Shown here piece after piece: positions 6,473 through 14,932 of a stretch of DNA of 20,000 bases. Below the pieces are notes generated by a model. The model saw only the letters and a program-made list of their open reading frames with translations. It made no database searches and was not told the DNA's origin. A program made the position numbers and the translations under genes. Source of the DNA: an uncultured virus (IMG/VR IMGVR_UViG_3300025066_000021) (taxonomy: Duplodnaviria; Heunggongvirae; Uroviricota; Caudoviricetes); the IMG/VR virus record IMGVR_UViG_3300025066_000021, one strand, 5' to 3'. Within the stretch, counting starts at the first letter, position 1, and every line of letters starts with the position of its first letter.

Positions 6473-6882
6473 GCAGATTACTTCGAGAAGAGCTATGCCC
6501 CTTCTTTAAAATAGACGATACACCTTATCTTTACACTGTATATGGAGACAAGATTCCTTTTATTACGGGACCTTTACCTGAATCCTCAAGTTCGGTTTAC
6601 TGTAAAATTGAGGGGAAAAGGAAACCAGAATACTTCATACTAATTAACGGGCTTTCGATAAAGCTTAAAGTCGATCCACTAGATCTGAGTCACTGGCCTT
6701 TTATTCCTAGCAGAAAAGATAAGATAGAAGCTTGGGTAAACGGTACGAAAAATACTCTTGAGGTTTTGGAAATAACAAAAGAGTCAGAAGGCCCAGGAAT
6801 TGTTTATCATTCCTGCGGTTCCAGGGTCACTCAATTCTTTAGTAAGTCGCATTGGTCTGATATCTATTTTACGAAAGGGTAA
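6469..6882 (+). CDS. Hypothetical protein (137 aa), shares a domain with 16520..17335
   Basis: ATGA overlap; HWPFIPSRKDKI...NG...EVLEI versus NWPFVPVRLQKL...NG...EVLEV. Confidence 0.85.
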   Translation: MSRLLREELCPFFKIDDTPYLYTVYGDKIPFITGPLPESSSSVYCKIEGKRKPEYFILINGLSIKLKVDPLDLSHWPFIPSRKDKIEAWVNGTKNTLEVLEITKESEGPGIVYHSCGSRVTQFFSKSHWSDIYFTKG

Positions 6883-6883
6883 C

Positions 6884-6979
6884 ATGGAAACAGCGAGATT
6901 GCCATATAAACAAGAAACTAAACGGAAATCCTTGAAAGAGCGTCATTTAAAAAGTAGAGAGCAATCTAAAACAAGGTAA
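6884..6979 (+). CDS. Possible basic micro-protein (31 aa)
   Basis: METARLPYKQETKRKSLKERHLKSREQSKTR* exactly fills the gap; purine-rich RBS. Confidence 0.45.
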   Translation: METARLPYKQETKRKSLKERHLKSREQSKTR

Positions 6980-6984
6980 GTAAT

Positions 6985-7191
6985 ATGGAAAGCGATGTAG
7001 CCAAGAAATTAATGAAGGGCTGCTACGATATATGTTTTGTATCCGGGGTACTAATAACGGCTCTCATACTCCAGGATTTGTGGAACGACACTAGAGATAA
7101 TTTTACTATAGTATTATCGGCTATGCTAATATTTACAGTGTATTCTTATGTATTCTTAGAATCTAGACTGAAGAAATTAAGAAGGTTATAA
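6985..7191 (+). CDS. Small two-TM membrane protein, paralog of 7191..7394
   Basis: Two hydrophobic segments around QDLWNDTRDNFTIVL. Confidence 0.8.
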   Translation: MESDVAKKLMKGCYDICFVSGVLITALILQDLWNDTRDNFTIVLSAMLIFTVYSYVFLESRLKKLRRL

Positions 7192-7394
7192 TGGGAAATG
7201 GTGTAGTAGAAAGATTGATGTGGATGTGTATAGTCTTAGTCGTAACCTCTGGAGCAGCAGGACTTATATTTTTATTTCAAGATTTAGGTAATGGAACCAG
7301 AGTTAATGGTACAATAATTCTCGCCTCCATAGCAACGTGTATAATTTATTGCGTTGGTCAGATAATCTTGGTAAACAAATTGGATAAATTATGA
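7191..7394 (+). CDS. Small two-TM membrane protein, paralog of 6985..7191
   Basis: TAATG coupling; loop QDLGNGTRVNGTIIL. Confidence 0.8.
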   Translation: MGNGVVERLMWMCIVLVVTSGAAGLIFLFQDLGNGTRVNGTIILASIATCIIYCVGQIILVNKLDKL

Positions 7395-7597
7395 TACCGA
7401 GTACTACAAGTCTATATGCTTGGCTACTTATTTTAAATTCACTGGCAACTCTGTGTTTACTACTTGGAGGCGCAGTCATTTACCCTGTGTATTCTGATAC
7501 ACCTAGTACCTATAAATATCTGCTAAACCTAACGTATACTAGTGCTTGGGTGTACGGCTTTTGTACGGTATGTTTGAGTATGAGAGAAAAATCATGA
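7391..7597 (+). CDS. Small two-TM membrane protein (68 aa)
   Basis: ATGA overlap; two hydrophobic segments. Confidence 0.8.
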   Translation: MIPSTTSLYAWLLILNSLATLCLLLGGAVIYPVYSDTPSTYKYLLNLTYTSAWVYGFCTVCLSMREKS

Positions 7598-7803
7598 CAA
7601 CAAGTATAATCCAAAAAATGATTCTACTGAATTTCTTTGTAGTCGTAGTATTATTTTTTGGATTCTCTGCTTTGGCAATACTAGAGATAGAGGGAATTTC
7701 AGTAAACATAAAAGCTTGGTCTAACGGTTTGTTGGCATTATTAATTGCGCATATATGTAATATCAGTTATTTTGTAGACATAGAAAGGAATACGTATGAC
7801 TGA
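7594..7803 (+). CDS. Small two-TM membrane protein (69 aa; start revised from 7546)
   Basis: ATG 7594 overlaps the upstream TGA (ATGA); MTTSIIQKMILLNFFVVVVLFFGFSALAIL... Confidence 0.8.
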   Translation: MTTSIIQKMILLNFFVVVVLFFGFSALAILEIEGISVNIKAWSNGLLALLIAHICNISYFVDIERNTYD

Positions 7804-7876
7804 TACAGAACTTGATTTGGCTGGGTTCACTTGGTTAATACATTCTATTTTACGGGCTTATTAGAGGAAGATTAAC

Positions 7877-8080
7877 ATGGAAATAAAAGCACTAGAAAAT
7901 CTGTTCCTGCTAAGCTTCGGGGTATTCTTGATATCCTGCCTTAGTTTACTAACATTTGCTATACTAGGGCCAGAATACACTGATACTTTTAAATTTTTTC
8001 TAGCCCAAACTGGGCTATACTATTGTCTGACTTTCTGGATATGTAATGTAGTCACGTCAAATAGGGGAGTGGTGATATGA
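7877..8080 (+). CDS. Small two-TM membrane protein (67 aa)
   Basis: GAGGA RBS; two hydrophobic segments. Confidence 0.8.
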   Translation: MEIKALENLFLLSFGVFLISCLSLLTFAILGPEYTDTFKFFLAQTGLYYCLTFWICNVVTSNRGVVI

Positions 8081-8688
8081 AAATACCTGATGAATTAGTA
8101 GTAGGAAAAGTAAAGATTAAAAACAAGATGCACAGGCTGCTCAAGCTAGATTCTAGTGATTACAGTTGGATGGCTTCAGTAGGGCTAACTTTTGTGCCAG
8201 GAGAACACGTAGCAAGTCTAGAAGACGAGAACACTTGTTATGATGAGTTTTTTGGAATAACCTATTCTGATGTATTAAAAGTTGGGGAAGACTGTTCTAT
8301 TAGCTTTATACACGTTTCGGGGAAAGGGGAGTGTAGTTGGGCAGAACCTGTTATACCACAATTCTTGATGTGGTATAACCAACATATCGAAGAAGAGGTT
8401 GGCGCTGATTTCGTAAGACAAGCGTTTCAAGGGGAGTCTTGTTACTATTATCACAGAGAGAAAAAGAAATTACAATTTTCCAGGAAAGATAAAGGGCATC
8501 TCATTGATATGCACTCAAGCTTCAAATCCTGGGCTGTATTAACTCTTGTACAAAACGCTGGATTTGATTACAAAGATTTTCAGGTTTATGAGAATGCAAA
8601 GTGGTTTGACATAGATTGGTCCGTGCTCAAACAACAACACTACTTAGAAAACGGGATATTCAGATTCAATTGGAGGGAAAATGTATAA
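8077..8688 (+). CDS. Hypothetical protein (203 aa)
   Basis: ORF track; GGAG RBS; ATGA overlap. Confidence 0.85.
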   Translation: MKIPDELVVGKVKIKNKMHRLLKLDSSDYSWMASVGLTFVPGEHVASLEDENTCYDEFFGITYSDVLKVGEDCSISFIHVSGKGECSWAEPVIPQFLMWYNQHIEEEVGADFVRQAFQGESCYYYHREKKKLQFSRKDKGHLIDMHSSFKSWAVLTLVQNAGFDYKDFQVYENAKWFDIDWSVLKQQHYLENGIFRFNWRENV

Positions 8689-8884
8689 TTTTAATTTTAT
8701 GGGAATGGCGATAAGTCTTGTGTGTATTGGTGTAGTCCTGGGGGTTATTCTAACTGGTGTATGCGTTGGGATACACTGGCTGTTTGTCTCTGGGTATCCT
8801 AATGTAGGATGGAGCGTAATTACCGGAGCATTATTAGTGTCATTAGTTGTTATGGCTTGGAAAAATGGTAAGTCAATTCTATAG
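8681..8884 (+). CDS. Small two-TM membrane protein (67 aa)
   Basis: GGAGG RBS; two hydrophobic segments. Confidence 0.85.
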   Translation: MYNFNFMGMAISLVCIGVVLGVILTGVCVGIHWLFVSGYPNVGWSVITGALLVSLVVMAWKNGKSIL

Positions 8885-8891
8885 GTCATAA

Positions 8892-9077
8892 ATGATTAAT
8901 CAAATAAGCTTTTACGATTTAGTGTGCTGTATAAAATGCGGAACTAAGTTATACGTGGATTCTGACCCTGGACCTGTAGAAACAGAGAAGTCGTGTGGTA
9001 ACTGCGGTTGGTCTTGTCTAGAACTCGGTGGCCCTCAAGACCCCAAAACTGATGAAGGTAATAAGAAATGGACATAG
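8892..9077 (+). CDS. Small zinc-ribbon protein (61 aa)
   Basis: CIKCG...CGNCGW paired CxxC motifs. Confidence 0.75.
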   Translation: MINQISFYDLVCCIKCGTKLYVDSDPGPVETEKSCGNCGWSCLELGGPQDPKTDEGNKKWT

Positions 9078-9107
9078 CAGTATTGCTTTCTCTAGGAATA
9101 GGCTCTT

Positions 9108-9269
9108 ATGTTGGAAGAAGCTTTAAAGCTTATACACGAATTACATTTAGAACCTAGGGATTTTTTGCAGGCTGACGTTGATATGGGATGGATGCCCTTT
9201 TTAACAGAGATGCCCGTAGTTTATCTGCATAACGTAAAATTCAGATTCTACTGGAACAGAAAATCATGA
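9108..9269 (+). CDS. Small hypothetical protein (53 aa)
   Basis: MLEEALKLIHELHLEPRDFLQADVDMGWMPFLTEMPVVYLHNVKFRFYWNRKS*; the stop overlaps ATG 9266. The true start is uncertain. Confidence 0.55.
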   Translation: MLEEALKLIHELHLEPRDFLQADVDMGWMPFLTEMPVVYLHNVKFRFYWNRKS

Positions 9270-9481
9270 AAATATACCGAGCTATCCAAGATTTAACCGA
9301 AGATACCACAGGTGAGAGTGAAGTAGCTATTAAAGCTGTGATTTCTGTTAACGGTTATGAATATGAAGTTGAAATGGATATATCTAGTATTGAATCCAGC
9401 GGAGAGACAAAGGTTATTTGTTGTTCTGGGGATATAGATCATGATCTAGATGAGGAAGAATATCCTTATGAGGAGTATTAG
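9266..9481 (+). CDS. Small acidic hypothetical protein (71 aa)
   Basis: ORF track; strongly D/E-rich. Confidence 0.75.
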   Translation: MKIYRAIQDLTEDTTGESEVAIKAVISVNGYEYEVEMDISSIESSGETKVICCSGDIDHDLDEEEYPYEEY

Positions 9482-9580
9482 TGCAAGCGGATTCCTGTTT
9501 GCACCGGAAAAAGACGGAAAAGCCCGAATTAAAAAGAAGTTTTTTGTACAGACACTAATTTACGTTTAGAAAGAGAAGGC

Positions 9581-10315
9581 TTGATTATGGATGAGACTTT
9601 ATTGCCTTGCCCTGAATGTGAAAGTTCTAGAGTGCTTTTAGAATGTATAACTACTCGGTTTGATTTTGATGAATTTAGAGGCTTATGTTTAAATTGTGGT
9701 TTCTCTGGAATGCAAGGAACTATAGAAGACAAAGAGAAGTGTATACAGTTTTGGAACTCTTTGACCAGATCTAATGAGCTATCCGAGAATCCTATTTCTA
9801 CTGAGATGTTAGAGTTTTACCATACCAGAACATTTGCTCGTATACACCGAGTGCATAACAGAGCTGTTCAGCTAGCATGTTCCTTGCTTAGTGACCCAGA
9901 AGAGCAACGTGAGTTTCTAAAACAAGTCCTTAAACACGATTTGTCCAAATACTCTGAACAGCAATACTTAGCATACGTAGAATTTTCATGGTGTATGAAG
10001 CATAGAGAGCCTCTTAGTGACGACTTGAAAGAGAGGTTTGGGGTTGCATGGGAACACCACTATAATAATGAGAATCACCATCCCGAAACTCCAGGGAAAT
10101 CACACACCAGACTAGAGTGTTATGAAATAACCTGCGACCTTCAAGCAATGGCAGACGAGTTTAATGAGGGCAGTTGCAGGCAATACTGGGAAAATGTTTG
10201 GTTACCTAAACATAAATGGGAAAAAACAGACCAAAGATACTTATGGATGGAGCAAGCAGTTAACAAGTTTGACGAGATAACTGCTTCCGAAGAAGATGTT
10301 TATGACAAAAAGTAA
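9581..10315 (+). CDS. Fusion of a Lar-like zinc ribbon and a DUF5662-like (HD-related) domain
   Basis: N-terminal LLPCPECES...CLNCG...CIQFWN; C-terminal H...V...HDLSKYS...AWEHHYNNENHHPE...E..CD..A. The start may be ATG 9587. Confidence 0.75.
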   Translation: MIMDETLLPCPECESSRVLLECITTRFDFDEFRGLCLNCGFSGMQGTIEDKEKCIQFWNSLTRSNELSENPISTEMLEFYHTRTFARIHRVHNRAVQLACSLLSDPEEQREFLKQVLKHDLSKYSEQQYLAYVEFSWCMKHREPLSDDLKERFGVAWEHHYNNENHHPETPGKSHTRLECYEITCDLQAMADEFNEGSCRQYWENVWLPKHKWEKTDQRYLWMEQAVNKFDEITASEEDVYDKK

Positions 10316-10502
10316 ACCTAAAAAAAGTTTGTTTAGGGTAATGGAAGGTTACGCCTTGTTGTATCAAGGACATTCTGAAGAGATAGCAAAAGAATTTTTT
10401 ACTCAAGCTGCTTTAAGAGAGCAGGTGACTACTAAATTGCAGGTGTATAAAGAAGATTGGGAAACACTTGATTTTTCAGAAGTAGTGTTCCCAATAATTT
10501 GA
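10296..10502 (+). CDS. Small hypothetical protein
   Basis: ORF track; overlaps the upstream stop; the start may be ATG 10302. Confidence 0.7.
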   Translation: MFMTKSKPKKSLFRVMEGYALLYQGHSEEIAKEFFTQAALREQVTTKLQVYKEDWETLDFSEVVFPII

Positions 10503-10515
10503 GCGGAGGGAATTA

Positions 10516-10701
10516 ATGATAGCCAATATAGTTGCAACTATAACTTTATCAGCCATTCTTCTGGTATGTGTGTATGTAGGGGGAGTGCTGACTCTCATGG
10601 CAGCAGTTACTGCTCAAAAAGAGATTCCTTGGGCAGTTATCCTAGGAAGCTTAGTCGGAACAATAGCCACTAGTAGGCTACTCTATGAAATTTGGGTGTA
10701 G
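10516..10701 (+). CDS. Small two-TM membrane protein (61 aa)
   Basis: GGAGG RBS; two hydrophobic segments. Confidence 0.85.
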   Translation: MIANIVATITLSAILLVCVYVGGVLTLMAAVTAQKEIPWAVILGSLVGTIATSRLLYEIWV

Positions 10702-11420
10702 AAACCGTGGAAACTTTGTACAAAGTTAACATAAAAACAGGGAAAGTCAGGCTAGACAGTATAACCGTTGACGAAAGAAACGAGATGGACAGTCTGTACG
10801 GAAACAGCGTATTTATACAGTCGGACTTGTTTTGCAGCTTAAACAGGGCTGGTCTTATGGAGTACTTTCTTGAGTATCACAGGAATAAGAGTTTATACCA
10901 AGAGCTGAAAAGCAAGATAGAATCGTTGTTGATTTGTGATGTAGAAGGATTCTTTTGTAATTCTGATATTTTTTTGTGGAGAAAAAATTTATGGTTTGAA
11001 GATAATACTCAATTGGTGTTTACAGATCAAACTTGTTTTCCCAGAGGAGAAAACTATATATTTGCTGCTACTAGAGAAGAGATGATCTCCAGGTTAACTG
11101 AGTCTATTAAAATTAAAAATGATTTTTTAATTTCTAGACAGGAAGAAATGTTTGAGGGAATAGAAGATAAGCTTGAAACTCTGTATATCATTGATACAGA
11201 TAATCTAGACAAAGGAAAACAAGCACTCAAAATGGAAACTATCCAGGATGCAGATGAGGATTGGTTTTATTGTGTAAGTGGTAACAAGTATGAGACAGAC
11301 GGGCTCACCCTAATTGTAGAGCAGGCTTTATCTGAGGCAAAACAGGAGGTTCGCTGGACAATAGACCATCGGAATGAGATTTTAATAAACCGACTGAAAA
11401 TAATCAGGGATTCTGGTTGA
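10692..11420 (+). CDS. Hypothetical protein (~240 aa), possible internal duplication
   Basis: Long ORF; ETLY occurs at the start (VETLYKVN) and again late (LETLYIID). Start codon uncertain (TTG 10692 or GTG 10707). Confidence 0.8.
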   Translation: MGVETVETLYKVNIKTGKVRLDSITVDERNEMDSLYGNSVFIQSDLFCSLNRAGLMEYFLEYHRNKSLYQELKSKIESLLICDVEGFFCNSDIFLWRKNLWFEDNTQLVFTDQTCFPRGENYIFAATREEMISRLTESIKIKNDFLISRQEEMFEGIEDKLETLYIIDTDNLDKGKQALKMETIQDADEDWFYCVSGNKYETDGLTLIVEQALSEAKQEVRWTIDHRNEILINRLKIIRDSG

Positions 11421-11446
11421 CGTATTACGTATTTATCGGTTACGAT
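11417..11446 (+). promoter_or_regulatory. Sigma70-type promoter
   Basis: TTGACG (11417-11422), 18 bp, TACGAT (11441-11446), then AAAGGA and GTG 11467. Confidence 0.7.
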
Positions 11447-11466
11447 TAATTAACAAAGGATAAACA

Positions 11467-11659
11467 GTGTTTGGATTAGATATTGAAAAAACAGTGGAAA
11501 AACTAAAGAAATCTTTTGGTACGATGGTAAATGAGATTTCTGGTTTAAAAAAATCTAATGCAGAGTTGAAAAAAGGATGTCAACAGTTTAAAAAAGAGAT
11601 TGAGATCTTATGAAGAACTAGAAAAAAGAGTAAGTGAAATAGAAGTTGATATTGACTAG
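11467..11659 (+). pseudogene. Small coiled-coil protein, possibly frameshifted at an A6 tract (11569-11574 or 11590-11595)
   Basis: MFGLDIEKTVEKLKKSFGTMVNEISGLKKSNAELKK... stops at 11613. Removing one A gives ...DVNSLKKRLRSYEELEKRVSEIEVDID* ending at 11659, 3 nt before the next ATG. Confidence 0.55.
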
Positions 11660-11662
11660 GCT

Positions 11663-11918
11663 ATGAAAAATTTTTTGGGAAGTATAAAGCAAGGCTATGG
11701 TATAGTTAATAATGTGCTTCCGATAGCTTCCATAGCGGGTTTACATAAGATTCTTAATGCTGACCTTAAAGATCATCCCCCCAGTCAATTTAAATGATAA
11801 CTCAGGAGATCTTCAAAACAAGTGGTACGAAAGCGAGAGATCTCCGGGATTAAGCTATCTGTACCTTTCTAGTAGGTTAGGGCATGCTTTATCAGAAACT
11901 GCTCAGCAGGAGGAATAA
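11663..11918 (+). pseudogene. Small hypothetical gene, possibly frameshifted at C6 11777-11782
   Basis: MKNFLGSIKQGYGIVNNVLPIASIAGLHKILNADLKDHPP... stops at 11797. Removing one C runs to TAA 11916-11918, overlapping ATG 11918. Two small overlapping ORFs (second ATG 11757) is an alternative reading. Confidence 0.5.
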
Positions 11919-12211
11919 TGTTTGAACTAATGAATGTAACATGTTTTGGGCTATCAATTCTGGTAACCGGGGTTTTAATGTCGTTAGTCCACAATTCTAA
12001 AAAGGTTGGTGACTTCAACCGCCCAAGTGATTACACTGACTTTAAGGGTGCCTGTGCTCTTGTGTTTTTTGTGCTTTTAGTAGTATGCTTTGGTACTTTT
12101 GTCAGACTCCATTCTAAAGAATTCTTTATAATTTACTTTTTAACGTTCTTTCTTTCCCTCGCCGGATTTAAGGCCGGGAAATTTATATTGGAAGGGAAAA
12201 ATAATGGATAA
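11918..12211 (+). CDS. Three-TM membrane protein (97 aa)
   Basis: AGGAGG RBS; three hydrophobic segments. Confidence 0.85.
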   Translation: MFELMNVTCFGLSILVTGVLMSLVHNSKKVGDFNRPSDYTDFKGACALVFFVLLVVCFGTFVRLHSKEFFIIYFLTFFLSLAGFKAGKFILEGKNNG

Positions 12212-12401
12212 CGGTTTTAAACAGCACTTACAAGAAGCCAAGGGTCATATTAGCAAGGCTGTTGAGTCTCTAGGCAAAATTGACCTGCCCAGAGAGCAGA
12301 TAAGGAATGGATACGAAAAAGCTCAGCTAGAAGCCCAAAGACTGTATAATGAGTATATAAATAAAATTATGGGAACAGTAAATGTCTTCGGAAAAAAATA
12401 A
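12204..12401 (+). CDS. Small helical hypothetical protein (65 aa)
   Basis: ORF track; overlaps both neighbours; purine-rich RBS. Confidence 0.8.
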   Translation: MDNGFKQHLQEAKGHISKAVESLGKIDLPREQIRNGYEKAQLEAQRLYNEYINKIMGTVNVFGKK

Positions 12402-12879
12402 CGTAAAAAAAGGTTGGCTGCTCACAATAGGGGAGTCCAAAGCCCACTATTACTTTGACAATTTAATCGCTGTGTGTAGCAGACATATGATCTTTAGTCT
12501 CAACGCTTTGGAAGACTGCTACCACGAGTCCCCAGAAAATTGCAGGTCTTGCTATAAAAAAGCTGTGATATCAGGGTATATACAAGAATCTCAGGGAGCT
12601 AAACTGAAAAGAGAGTTCAAAGAAGCTGTAGTAAAAGACAGGAAAGTAATAACCACAGTACTAAAAAAAGAAGGTTTAGACCGAGTTTTTATTACTGAAG
12701 AAGGAATCCTGGAATTAAAGGAATTAGTGGCTAAGCACAACAAGAAATTGTCTACTCGATTAGTAGATGACTTTGATTTAGATAATATTCTTGAGGGAGC
12801 TAGGTCGTTTATATATAGGCCGGAAACTGAACTTTCGGGTAAAACTCTTCCGCCAAGATATTTGCTCAAAAAAGCTTAG
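12382..12879 (+). CDS. Hypothetical protein with N-terminal His/Cys putative Zn-binding motif
   Basis: GW......KAHYY.....VC...SPENCRSCYKK. Confidence 0.8.
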   Translation: MSSEKNNVKKGWLLTIGESKAHYYFDNLIAVCSRHMIFSLNALEDCYHESPENCRSCYKKAVISGYIQESQGAKLKREFKEAVVKDRKVITTVLKKEGLDRVFITEEGILELKELVAKHNKKLSTRLVDDFDLDNILEGARSFIYRPETELSGKTLPPRYLLKKA

Positions 12880-13211
12880 TAAGGCATGTTTATTATTGCC
12901 CAAGCTCCTATTTGATCTGGACCATTAAGAATGTCGTTTGAACAGTATATTCTGTAGTGACCATCCTTAAACCAAATTACTAGGGGCAAACTATCCCATA
13001 AAACGAGTAAAGGTTCCTCTGATTTAGGCATAGTATCCAGGTTGTAGTTCCGGGCTTTAGTGGTACTTAGACCTATGGTATTCCATTTAAGCACAATATC
13101 TTCTTCTATTCCCGGAGCAGATTGAGCGTGACACCTATAACATTCTATTCTAGAGGATTCTTGGTTATATTCTGCGTGGCCTCCGCAAAAGTAACACTTA
13201 TTTATTTTCAC
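12876..13211 (-). CDS. Lar-like zinc ribbon fused to a DUF551-like C-terminal segment
   Basis: KCYFCGGHAE...IECYRCHAQS...VLKWN, followed by NYNLDTMPKSEEPLLV...IGAWAII. Confidence 0.75.
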   Translation of the reverse strand: MKINKCYFCGGHAEYNQESSRIECYRCHAQSAPGIEEDIVLKWNTIGLSTTKARNYNLDTMPKSEEPLLVLWDSLPLVIWFKDGHYRIYCSNDILNGPDQIGAWAIINMPY

Positions 13212-13602
13212 TGCTAACTTCCTTTACCACATATCTCTTTAAATCTTGTAACCACTTTTTATTATCCTTGGATATAATTATTTTAGAGGTACTACTCAAA
13301 GCACAATCTCTTAGAGCCCATTGGATACATTTTCTGAAGCCTTTTCCTGATAAATGAGATTCTCTATCAAGAGGGCTAATCCACACTCCAGAGCTAGTTT
13401 GATCTGAATTAGTCATCCACGTTAAAAATCGTAATTCATGATCTAGTATTCCGTGAACCCAGTAGTTTCGTAATTCCAGTGTTTCAAGAAACGGTTGATA
13501 GGATCTTAGATTGTCGTATGATACTGTAATTGGAAATAATTCCTCTACTTTTGCGTCCAGAGATTTTTGTAGCTCCTTTAGTTCCTCGATTGAATTGCTC
13601 AC
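13198..13602 (-). CDS. Hypothetical protein (134 aa)
   Basis: GTG start with AAGGAG RBS; overlaps the next gene. Confidence 0.85.
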   Translation of the reverse strand: MSNSIEELKELQKSLDAKVEELFPITVSYDNLRSYQPFLETLELRNYWVHGILDHELRFLTWMTNSDQTSSGVWISPLDRESHLSGKGFRKCIQWALRDCALSSTSKIIISKDNKKWLQDLKRYVVKEVSSENK

Positions 13603-13610
13603 TGTGCTCC

Positions 13611-13934
13611 TTAATGGTTATAGGGGAAGGCCAAGCCCCCGGTTAACATGACTTTTATCAAAGCACTTGCTATTGCTTTTGATAACAAACTTAAATCTTG
13701 CTGCGAATATAACATCCATGACCATGCTATTTGATTCGTAGAAGCAAGTAAACTGACTTTTATTTGAAATAGAGACCTACGTGGAATAGGGTCTATATCT
13801 ACCTTAAATTCTAGATAAGGTCTTTTAGGGTCGTTGGTGTTTCCTACTAGGATAGAAGAGGTTCCTGTAGATTCGAAATCTCTTTGGTTCAGTTCCTTAA
13901 TAATTTCCTGTATAAGATCGTCTTTTGTGGTCAT
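13611..13934 (-). CDS. Hypothetical protein (107 aa)
   Basis: ORF track; tightly packed in a minus-strand operon. Confidence 0.8.
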   Translation of the reverse strand: MTTKDDLIQEIIKELNQRDFESTGTSSILVGNTNDPKRPYLEFKVDIDPIPRRSLFQIKVSLLASTNQIAWSWMLYSQQDLSLLSKAIASALIKVMLTGGLAFPYNH

Positions 13935-13935
13935 A

Positions 13936-14235
13936 TTAAAATTTATTAGTTTTAAAAGCGTACTGGTTATTAGCTATAATTGAGTCTAAATCGTCTGCTA
14001 TGTTATGCGCCATATCTTTCTCGTTAACGTGTTGGGAGGAGATTTTATAATCCAGAACTCTTTTGTTCCCTTTAAATCCAGCTACATCTATTATTTTGTG
14101 CTGTCCTGATTTAGCTTCATAGACATATAAGTCGAAAAGACTAGGACCAACACTGGTAAATACAATCTTGTTATTAATAATAATTGCTGTGTATTCTAGA
14201 TCTCTGAATTCATCTAATAGTTCTATTACAATCAC
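13936..14235 (-). CDS. Hypothetical protein (99 aa)
   Basis: ORF track; GTG start without a clear RBS; first long gene of the minus-strand operon. Confidence 0.75.
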   Translation of the reverse strand: MIVIELLDEFRDLEYTAIIINNKIVFTSVGPSLFDLYVYEAKSGQHKIIDVAGFKGNKRVLDYKISSQHVNEKDMAHNIADDLDSIIANNQYAFKTNKF

Positions 14236-14288
14236 AACAAAACCGAATTGATACGAATTCCGAAAAAATTACCCATTTCTATGTAAAT

Positions 14289-14297
14289 ATTATATCA
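14289..14297 (-). promoter_or_regulatory. Putative extended -10 promoter for the minus-strand operon 14235-12876
   Basis: Minus strand reads TGATATAAT (TGn-TATAAT) in a divergent intergenic gap. Confidence 0.55.
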
Positions 14298-14335
14298 TAA
14301 ACAGATATTACATTCTACATAAATAAGGAGTGGTA

Positions 14336-14527
14336 GTGATAGAAATTTCAATATATTTTTTATTAGGTCTAATACTATTTATTAACGGAGCTGGGAATAT
14401 TAGTAGTTATTTTGATACCCCAGAAGTTCCTAGGGATACAAAAAATGTTATCCAGGTTATTGCGGGATTATTTTTTCTAGCTGTAGCTTCGTCTAAATTG
14501 TTTATGACTTTAGACTGGTTATATTAA
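14336..14527 (+). CDS. Small two-TM membrane protein (start revised from 14330)
   Basis: AAGGAG at 14325-14330 fits GTG 14336; two hydrophobic segments. Confidence 0.8.
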   Translation: MIEISIYFLLGLILFINGAGNISSYFDTPEVPRDTKNVIQVIAGLFFLAVASSKLFMTLDWLY

Positions 14528-14736
14528 GAATTTTTCTCTGGGTTTCTGTGTAGATGCTCGGAAGAAATTACTATAAGCTTATTGGCTATAGCATTAGCCA
14601 GTTCTAGCTGTCCATCAGATAGTAAGTGTTTAGCTTCTTCTAAGCTTTCAAAAAATTCGCTGAGCAGAGAGGTCACTTCTAAGCTTGCTTGTAAACTTTG
14701 TTTTATAAACTCTCTTTCTATTTTATCGGTAGTCAT
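14524..14736 (-). CDS. Small helical hypothetical protein (70 aa)
   Basis: AAAGGA RBS; downstream of a minus-strand promoter. Confidence 0.8.
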   Translation of the reverse strand: MTTDKIEREFIKQSLQASLEVTSLLSEFFESLEEAKHLLSDGQLELANAIANKLIVISSEHLHRNPEKNS

Positions 14737-14857
14737 AAGTATCCTTTTGTATTTAGAAGCCTCATTCGTCTAAGTCTTCGTCTACAGTAGGCTTTTCTTC
14801 GGTGTAGAGCCGTTGAGCCCCTTCCTTAGCTTTAGCACGGAAAGCCTCCTTTATATT

Positions 14858-14886
14858 ATTGTAGCTTACTAATTACAGGATGGCAA
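14858..14886 (-). promoter_or_regulatory. Sigma70-type promoter (leftward)
   Basis: Minus strand TTGCCA (14886-14881), 17 bp, TACAAT (14863-14858), followed by AAGGAGG. Confidence 0.75.
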
Positions 14887-14895
14887 GAGATTTTG

Positions 14896-14925
14896 TTGAC
14901 AATCAGTTATCTTTAAAGGTATGGT
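14896..14925 (+). promoter_or_regulatory. Sigma70-type promoter (rightward), back-to-back with the leftward one
   Basis: TTGACA (14896-14901), 18 bp, TATGGT (14920-14925). Confidence 0.6.
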
Positions 14926-14932
14926 TACTGGT

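Noticed and set aside
6985..8080. Holin or lysis cassette
   Set aside because: No endolysin or spanin is adjacent, and small two-TM proteins are scattered throughout the window.
7796..9560. Very short ORFs at 7796 (22 aa), 9068 (29 aa) and 9481 (25 aa)
   Set aside because: They start at coupled positions and may be gene remnants, but they are too short and have no paralog support.
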